Positions 55,629 through 64,000 of a DNA stretch of 64,000 nt are shown here, piece by piece. The position numbers were made by a program, and so were the translations under genes. Source of the stretch: Eledone cirrhosa (taxonomy: Eukaryota); NCBI GenBank assembly GCA_964016885.1, contig OZ024758.1, forward strand, positions 5,394,001-5,458,000, written 5' to 3'. Every line of letters starts with the position of its first letter. The first letter of the stretch is position 1. Below the pieces are notes generated by a model that searched no databases, was not told where the DNA came from, and saw nothing but the letters and a program-made list of their open reading frames with translations.

Positions 55629-57486
55629 GTTTTCGTCATGTGCATGGATATATACATACATTCACACATGCACACATATAAACGCTTTTTTTCCACATTT
55701 GCTATCAATTGAGGACATAATTGGGGTGACTCGTCAAAATTAATTTATTTTACGAGATTTTGTCGTCTGTTTGCACAGAAAGTGCAATCCCTTACTCATA
55801 TAAAATATATCACCTGAAAAATCACCTGAATTTGTTCTCCAGTGACATAAACTCATTGCATTGTAACACTGTGGGCCCTGTGAAAATATTACGGTGTCCA
55901 CATCTAAACCCTTTAGCATTTACATTACTCTATATATACTATTGTATTTTCACAGTAAAGGCTTTACCTTACATAATTATCTCTCATAATATCAAATCTG
56001 AGATTTTGATGATATTTATTTTGAGAACAATACCTTAACATAAGTATGAGTGGCCAGTTACAGCCTGTTTGAACAGAGAGCAGTGAGAGAATTCTGGCCG
56101 GTTACGGCTGGTTTAAATGCTTAAGGGTTAAATATTCAAACTTGAAACTGCTGGAAGTTATGACAGCTTATCTTCAAGTATGATAAAATGTCTATCTCAT
56201 TGAAAATATTTCAACTCTGATCAACACCGACCCCCCCCCCCCTAGGGTACGAATGGAACGCCCGCGTTGAGTCAGTGTTGTTGTTCTATATACAAACATC
56301 AACATTTCCTCCACTATTAACGTCATTCCTTCAGATTTCAATCTGTAAAGGTTTAACCTTTTAGCATTTACATTACTCTATATACATTATTGCATTTTTT
56401 TAGGGGGGGGGGGGGGGGTAAAGGCTTTATCTTACATAATTATCTCACATAATATTGAATCTACGAGATTTTGATGTTATCTATACGTTAAAGTCAGTAC
56501 GAGCGGCCAGTTATGGCCGGTTTGAACAGAAAGAGGTGAGAGAATTCTGGCCGGATATGTCCGGTTTAAATGCTAACGTGTTAGGTTGAATATAAGGCAT
56601 ATTGACTTCACAACTCTTGCAAAGGTTGCAACTGCTGTTTCCTCTACCTCGATTACAACAATAAATAACGAGAGTGTCAGCTGAGATAACAGTAGTTAGA
56701 CCAATAGCAGCTGTTCATGAACAGGAAATAGAATCAAAATGCTTTGTATGAGAGATACGAAAGCCCTATAGCCATATATGTCAACCAGCATATATTAAGG
56801 CAGATTAAAAGTGCAATTAATGCAGTTGCACAGCCGGATTTTGGAGCACGTTAAATAAACACTCATAATAATAATAATGATGATTTATTGGCCACAGGGG
56901 CCGACATGTAGGGGACAATACAAAGACACGAACAGTAGGGGTTTACAATAAGCTCGAGTAAAAGTGCACAATAGCAAAACCAATTTAACGATGAAAATCT
57001 TTATATCGCTTTAAAAATCATATACCTCAGGTTGGTGCGAGCAATAGCTAAATAAAGCTATTGGGACAAGTAAATCGCGTAAAGCGGGCGAGACAAGTAA
57101 ACAAACAAGAAGGATTGATAGCAACGCAAAGATAGGAAAAAACAACCAATATGGTTATCCGGTCAGCTTAAGCTGGGTGGATTTCATGAGCAAGCGATAT
57201 ACAGACCATCCGACGTGAGTGAGATGTGAGCAAGAAGAGAACCCACACAGGCCAAACGGGAGAAAGTGAGAAGGGGAGAAACAGAGAGTGGGTGAGTGGA
57301 AGTGGCCAGTCGAGAGAAAGTGTAACTGAAAGAAGGTGAGAGAAATAGAGAGAGCGGGGAAGCAGTAAGAGAGAAACAGACAAACGCAGCCGAGGTAAAT
57401 ATATATAAAAAACACGAGAAGAAAGAATACTGCGTGGTTGCACATGGGTTACATATGATAAAAATAGTCCTTCGTCAGTGATTTTC

Positions 57487-57522
<36 letters not shown>

Positions 57523-57719
57523 TCTACAACAATTAGTTCATCATACCGAGAACAATTGGTTTACCTTATTCGGATCGTCAGACCGAGCTGAGGATCCGAA
57601 TAAGGTGAACCAATTGTGTTCTCGGTATGGTGAACTTACTGTTGTGGAACTACTTCTACCTAACTCGTCCCATGGACTGAGCGCTCGACCACTACGGATA
57701 TAACCCTCCAGTATTCTAC

Positions 57720-57780
<61 letters not shown>

Positions 57781-58142
57781 GGAAAAGAGTCAGGACCCCA
57801 ACGGCTGAGCTCCGGCCGTTTCGACAGCTAGATCCGAACTGACGAAACGGCCGGAGCTCAGGCGTCGGGGTCCTGACTCTTTTCCTATCACCCACTCTAC
57901 TACCCTAAGTATTGAGTACTCTGGTGCGTTATTGTCTACCTGGTATCTTACCACACCCGCTTTGTTGGTTGGAGGGTAGGGAGCTGCGGAGGTTGCGCGC
58001 GCGTTTGAAGGGGGGGTGAGGATGGGAAGATGGGGGAGGTGGAGGGGTCGGACTGGAGGCGCGGAGGAAGAGGCGGAGGATGGTGCGGTGGAGGGGTAGG
58101 GTGGAGGGGTGGTAGGTGAGGGGGAAGGGGAGACGGTAGGTA

Positions 58143-58175
<33 letters not shown>

Positions 58176-58300
58176 GTAGGAGGTGAGTTTTATTGTAGAA
58201 CAATAAAGCAATGCAAATATCGGATAAGTAGCACTCAACAGTTTATTGGACTGGAGTATTATAAGAAGAAATTAAAAGATCGTTAAAAAAGTTCCATGTT

Positions 58301-58367
58301 TTTTATTATGCGCATTTCAAAAACAAATATCATCGTGGGACGATATTTGCGTGCTCATCAGATAAAA
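58301..58367 (-). ncRNA. Type I hammerhead ribozyme, base of stem II decayed
   Basis: Minus strand: TTTTAT-CTGATGA-gcacGCAAATATC...GATATTTGTtttt-GAAA-TGCGCA-T-A-ATAAAA. Palindromic AUGCGCAU stem III and 6-bp stem I. Confidence 0.65.
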
Positions 58368-59141
58368 TAGGGAGACATGATATGATGCCTAAAAAAAACA
58401 ACACTTGTGAACAAGGTAGTTGACAACAATATGTTGACTAGACATTACCTTGTTCACAAGTGTTTGTTTTTTTTTGGAAATGGAAATGGAAAAAGATGAA
58501 TATTGACGTACATGGGAGTCGAACCCACATCTTTGGTTATCCGGACCACTGTGATACCATTTACACCAACACATCATCGTTATACGTATATATACATATA
58601 TATATACATATAAATATATATATACATATATACATATATATATACATACAACAAACCTGGACCATCACTTCGAATATTTTGCAATATCTCAGTTAGGTTT
58701 CTGTAAAATCCGAAATCAACAAAATCCGCTTGCAGTGTAAGCAAGTTAAGTTTCTGGCGGATGGAACACCAGTAGGTAGTTGACGGCCGAGAGAAAAGAG
58801 TACTTAATACCAAAGTAGAGTTTAAATATTCATTTTATTAAGGCTAAATAGTGTGTCATGTTATTCTGGAGTTTCGCCTGATTCTCATGGGGGTCATCTG
58901 TTGAGAAGCAGGTGGAACTCCAGAGTAACAATACCCACCACCACCACCACCACCACCACCACCACCACCGCCGCCACCGCCGCCGCCATGCGAGTTACTG
59001 ATCTCAATGACAATATTTAAAAAAAAATTTATATACGAGGCTTGGCTGAAAAATTCATCATGAAGGAATGATGCTAAAACTGTGAAATCTTGCATTCATT
59101 AATTTCTTTCCAGGAACTATGGTGAAAAATAAACCTTATTT

Positions 59142-59306
59142 GGTCATTGCATTGAGAGTATCTTGGTCAGCCTAGGTCATTGCATTGAGAGTATCTTGGT
59201 CAGCCTAGGTCATTGCATTGAGAGTATCTTGGTCAGCCTAGGTCATTGCATTGAGAGTATCTTGGTCAGCCTAGGTCATTGCATTGAGAGTATCTTGGTC
59301 AGCCTA
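59142..59306. repeat. 33-bp tandem repeat, 5 copies, expanded inside a mariner-derived element
   Basis: ggtcattgcattgagagtatcttggtcagccta x5. Confidence 0.92.
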
Positions 59307-60665
59307 TGATGTGTTTTAGCTGTCCCTCGTAGGACGAAAAGCTTACGTAAATAAAACTTACCTGAATAAATTGCGATAAGCTGACCTATGCTTTTATATA
59401 TGTCAGTAGAACTGAGAAAAAATTCGAAATATTTCAGAAGCACAGCTGTCATATCCTGAACTACGTGAAGCTGTTAAATGGTAGATAACTAATTCCCCAA
59501 TAAGGAAGATATAAAACCAGTCAGAATATATTCTTGAATATTTTCACGAAAATATTCAGGAATATTTTATCGTACAATCTAAGTTTTACATATAATATTT
59601 ATTTATTTTTGAATGAAAAAGATTTACACTTGTTTTTCTTTTATGTTTTCTTTTATTATTTTCGCTAGTAAAATGGGTGGTGGATTGACAGTATCGGTAG
59701 AGAATCAGACGCCATGCTTTGCAGCATAGAGTTTCGGCCCATTACGGTCTGAATTCAAATCCCACCGAGGTTAACTTTGTCTTTCATCCTTACGGGGTCG
59801 ATAAAATAAAGCACCAGTAACGTACTGGGGTCGATTTAATCGACTTCCCCTTCCCACCAAATTACTGGTCTTGTTCCTATACTAGAAATCATTATTTTCG
59901 CTAGTAATATGGATTTGAATATCAATATGAGAATTAAATATTGTTTATTCCCAAATCGGTACCTATTTTCAATGACATTCATGTTTCTTATTTAGGCACA
60001 AGGCCAGCAATTTGAAGGGAAGGAGGGAAGGTCGATTGAATCGACCCTAGGGGTTCTTTATTTTATCTACTTGGTTAGGATGAAAAACAAATTTCTCATA
60101 CTCTAAACTGGTAATAAAGACGCTACGGAACAAAGAGACTAGAAATGAAATGTAAGGAAGATTATTATCTGAGTTCAAATCCCGCCGAGGTTAACTTTGC
60201 CTTTCATCCTTCCGGGGTCGATAGAATAAAGTACCAGTAATGCATTGGGTAATTGCTGGCCTTGTGCCAAAAGTAGAAATAATTATTTTGACGCTAAACT
60301 CCGCTAGTTGTAGACTGCACATCAACATGAGATATTTTTCTCCACAAAGTTCGATCACCAACATCAGAGATCAAGTCCAGTCTATAGGTTGACATTATCA
60401 AGCCATCGTTTTGGCTGCCGGTCTCTGCTTCTCTTACCAGCCAACCTTCCTTCCAGGCATAAACTCTCTCTCTCTCTCTCTCTCTCCCTCTCTCTTTCAC
60501 ACATACACACACACACTGTCTCCCACACATAAGCTCTCTCTCACACACACATACACACTCTCTCTTTTTCTCACGCTATCTATTTATCTATCTTTCTCAC
60601 ACACACTCTCTCTTTCACACACACACATACACACACAAAGTCTCTCTCTCTCTCTCTCTCCCCCC

Positions 60666-60698
<33 letters not shown>

Positions 60699-60726
60699 TA
60701 CACACTCTCTCTTTATGTGTGGGAGA

Positions 60727-60811
<85 letters not shown>

Positions 60812-61560
60812 GGTCAATAATCGTTTTAAGTGATTTGAACTAAAACGTAGGAAATCCGTTTGTGAAAATTATCGAATGAAAATCTTTTTCTGAAATTTCC
60901 TTCTCTTTATACTGAAAATGTTTGTTTTAAATTGTCACCCTATCATGGCTACCTAAGTATTGGTGTAGGAGCACTGTATATACATATTTCAGGTTCGTGG
61001 TTTCTTCTCGTCAGCAGTTGCTTAATTATGCTGAGAAACTGAGGTATGTAAAACATTAGAGGATTATAGATTTTGTAAAGAAACTATTCTTGTGTTATTG
61101 TCAAGGTTTAATCCTTTCCGACAGGATATCTAGGGGAAGATCCCAAGCAAGATGATTGGATAACATCCATGTGCTCGGCTTGTCTCGCTTGTGGATCCAG
61201 CCGGGTCAATTAGAGATGGTTGCTTCTGACAGGACCAGTTGGAAGGAGTGTTTGTGGGCACTGCCCTCACAATCTTCTCCGGAATAAGTGGTCGAAGAAG
61301 CAGAAGTTGCATATCTTTATTACATGTAGTAAGTAAATGGATCCTGCATCAGTTACGATGATGACTATTTCACTTGTTCGATCAACAGAACTGCCTACTC
61401 ATTCACTTATAGTATATGTGCCCCAGGATCCCGAACCACTTATACCATTAACGTAATCTTCAGGCAGAACCTATGTAAGACAGTGTATGACAAAATTAAC
61501 CATTGTAAATATTTACAATACACTATAACAACTTGATTACATATCATTTATATTATAAAG

Positions 61561-61896
61561 CAGGGGTGTGAAACATATTCCATTGGCAGACCACTTTTGA
61601 ACATTGGAACAACTATTAGGGCCAGTCATTGTCAAAAATATGTAATATAATGAAAACCACTATTCCAAAGATTCACCACAACTTCCTTCCATAACATGAA
61701 ACAGGGAAATTATAACACACATAACCCTATCAGTGAAGCCCTTTAGTATAGGTCAACTAACAGAAAATTGTTTTTCGGTTACGAAAAAATTTCTAAATAA
61801 GACAACAAGGTAAAAACTAAAAACGGTCATCGCGGGCCACTCTGACTGATCTGGCGGGCCGGGTTGTGGCCCGCGGACCGCCTGTTGTACGCCCTG
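61561..61896. mobile_element. hAT-like MITE; related copy starts at 63671
   Basis: CAGGGG...CCCTG ends, GGGCCG-rich subterminal motifs, internal sequence shared with 63671-64000. TSD not clean. Confidence 0.65.
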
Positions 61897-62935
61897 GTTA
61901 AAAAGTATGTGTAGCAAGATATATTCATAGTATAACATTTAATTACATAGAGTCTTTATTACAAAATATTTTGGTGATATAACATTTATATAACACATGG
62001 TCGCAATCGGAAGTAATTCGAACATGTAATGAGACACTTGAAGGATTTGGGATTTCTGAGCACTGCAATATAAGAACTTGTGTCAGGCAGCGGGGAAAGA
62101 GGGACCCCAGGGATTTGAGACTACTGAGCACTGTAATATATGAACCTGTGCCAAGCAGCAAGGAAAGAGGGGCCCTCAAGGATTTGAGACTACTGAGCAC
62201 TGTAATATATGAACTAGTGCCAGGGAGCAGGGCTAGATGGCGGCCAAGAAGGTGCTGGATGAGCGACATCTGTGCTTGTACCGATGGTGGTCTCTGAAAG
62301 GTGATTTGAATGGCAGAGACCAGGACAGGACTGCTTGGAGGAAAATTCAGAAAGCATCCACAGATCCTTGGGGAACATGATGATAATGATGATGGTGATG
62401 ATGATGATGACGATATCATCTTTATTATATAACATCTAGATAGGATAACATTTTCATAACATAACATGTAAAATTTTACAACGCAATATTTGAATTACTT
62501 AACAGCTATACAAGCCTTCCGGCACTAAGGGGTTTCTGGAGTTTAAGCCCCTCTAATAATGGTTTCTTATATAGGCACAAGGTCAGCAATTTTAGGGGAG
62601 GGGAAAGTCGATTAGATCGACCCCGGTGCATGACAGGTACTTTATTTTATTGACCCCGTAAGTATGAAAGGCAAAGTTAATCTCGACGGGATTTGAACTC
62701 AGATCATAAAGGGCCGTAACTCTATGCTACAAAGCATGGCCTCCGACCCTCTACCGATACTGCCAATCCACTGCCCTCTAATAATGTGGAAACTTGTTAG
62801 TTTTTTTAGTTAAAAAAGTTATGTATTACTGTTCATATAAGTAACGAGTCTCAGTAGAGAGCGAACTCTTGCTAACTCATCAAATATGTAAATAGTTGGG
62901 AATGCTATTAACGCCATTATTATTTTAAGCTCCTT

Positions 62936-63127
62936 GGGGCGGTTGATTGGCAGTATCGGTAGAGCGCCGGACATCATGCTTTGCAGCATAGAGTTACGGC
63001 CATTTATGGTCTGAGTTTAAATCCCGCTGAGGTTAACTTTGCCTTTCATCCTTACGGGGTCGATAAAATAAAGTACCAGTAATGTACTGGGTAATTGGTG
63101 GCCTTGTGCCTAAAGTAGAAACAATTA
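62936..63127 (+). mobile_element. tRNA-derived SINE family A, representative of ~20 full or partial copies (e.g. 165, 2260, 4870, 7469, 9015, 26800, 29410, 29605, 31310, 33255, 33625, 41355, 44655, 45820-46115, 52135, 59675, 60170, 62560, 63375)
   Basis: Pol III A-box (tggcagtatcggt) and B-box (gagttcaaatccc in most copies), conserved body ttgcctttcatccttacggggtcgataaaataaagtaccag, tail aaagtagaaacaattat. Confidence 0.9.
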
Positions 63128-63792
63128 TTTTAAGCCCCTTCAATCCATAAACTGTCACGGAAGCCCTCTTATATAATGATATAACATCTTTATAATTGGA
63201 ATTACATAACAGCTTTATGATTATATTACATCTAAACAAGGTTATTTTTTAAGAGCCAACTTTTTCGTGCGGCGTTATGTAAACACTTTTAACCGAGCTT
63301 CTTCGTGTATTACGTCAGCTTTTACGTACATAGTTTCTAATGCTGTTAACAATCATCTCAGTCTATGAGAGTAATAATTGTTTCTACTTTAGGCACAAGG
63401 CCAGCAATTATCCAGTGCATTACTGGTACTTTATTTTATCGACCCCGTAAGGATGAAAGGCAAAGTCAACCTCGGCGGGATTTGAACTCAGATCGTAAAG
63501 GGACGTAACTATGCTGGAAAGCATGGCGTCCGACCCTCTACCGGTACTGCCAATCCAGAGAGTAATAATATATCAAAGCCTGTATCTCTGAAATACAGTA
63601 GAATGGGTGGGTGATGAGCAACTGAACAGAAAATCGTGGGTGATTGGAAATTTTGGTGCATGATATAGAACAGGGAGTGTGCAACATATTCCATTGGCGG
63701 GCCACTTTTGAACATCGTAACAACTATTAGCGCCATTAATATTTATTAAGCACTATTCCTAAGATTCACCACAACTTCTTTCCACAACATTG

Positions 63793-64000
63793 AACTGGGT
63801 AATTATAACACACATAACCCTATCAGTGAAGCCCTTTAATAGAGGTCAACTGGGTAATTATAACACACATAACCCTATCAGTGAAGCCCTTTAATAGAGG
63901 TCAACTGGGTAATTATAACACACATAACCCTATCACTGAAGTCCTTTAATAGAGGTCAACTGGGTAATTATAACACACATAACCCTATCAGTGAAGTCCT
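63793..64000. repeat. 55-bp tandem repeat expanded from the interior of a hAT MITE; runs off the window
   Basis: caactgggtaattataacacacataaccctatcagtgaagccctttaatagaggt. A single copy lies at ~61705-61757. Confidence 0.9.

Overview
AT-rich, repeat-dense eukaryotic DNA; the SINE families, (TA)n/(CA)n load and LINE remnants suggest a coleoid cephalopod such as Octopus (inference, not verified). One clear host gene is present: an NKRF-like protein (XTBD, dsRBD-like domains, G-patch, R3H) with an uninterrupted CDS on the minus strand at 18884-20842. The rest is mobile DNA: a near-intact DD34D mariner, two inverted copies of a composite palindromic non-autonomous Helitron, RTE, L1/Tx1 and CRE-clade LINE fragments, piggyBac/hAT/pogo MITEs, about 20 copies of one tRNA-derived SINE, and several minisatellites. 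The least obvious signal is a set of type I hammerhead ribozyme motifs. Three are essentially intact (1901, 39274, 55367), two have an intact core with one damaged stem (22726, 58301), and several are decayed. Most have a palindromic stem III and several have a long stem II. They sit in short Penelope-like or foldback elements next to (TA)n. Almost all other ORFs in the track are microsatellite or repeat artefacts. All folds and alignments were made by eye.
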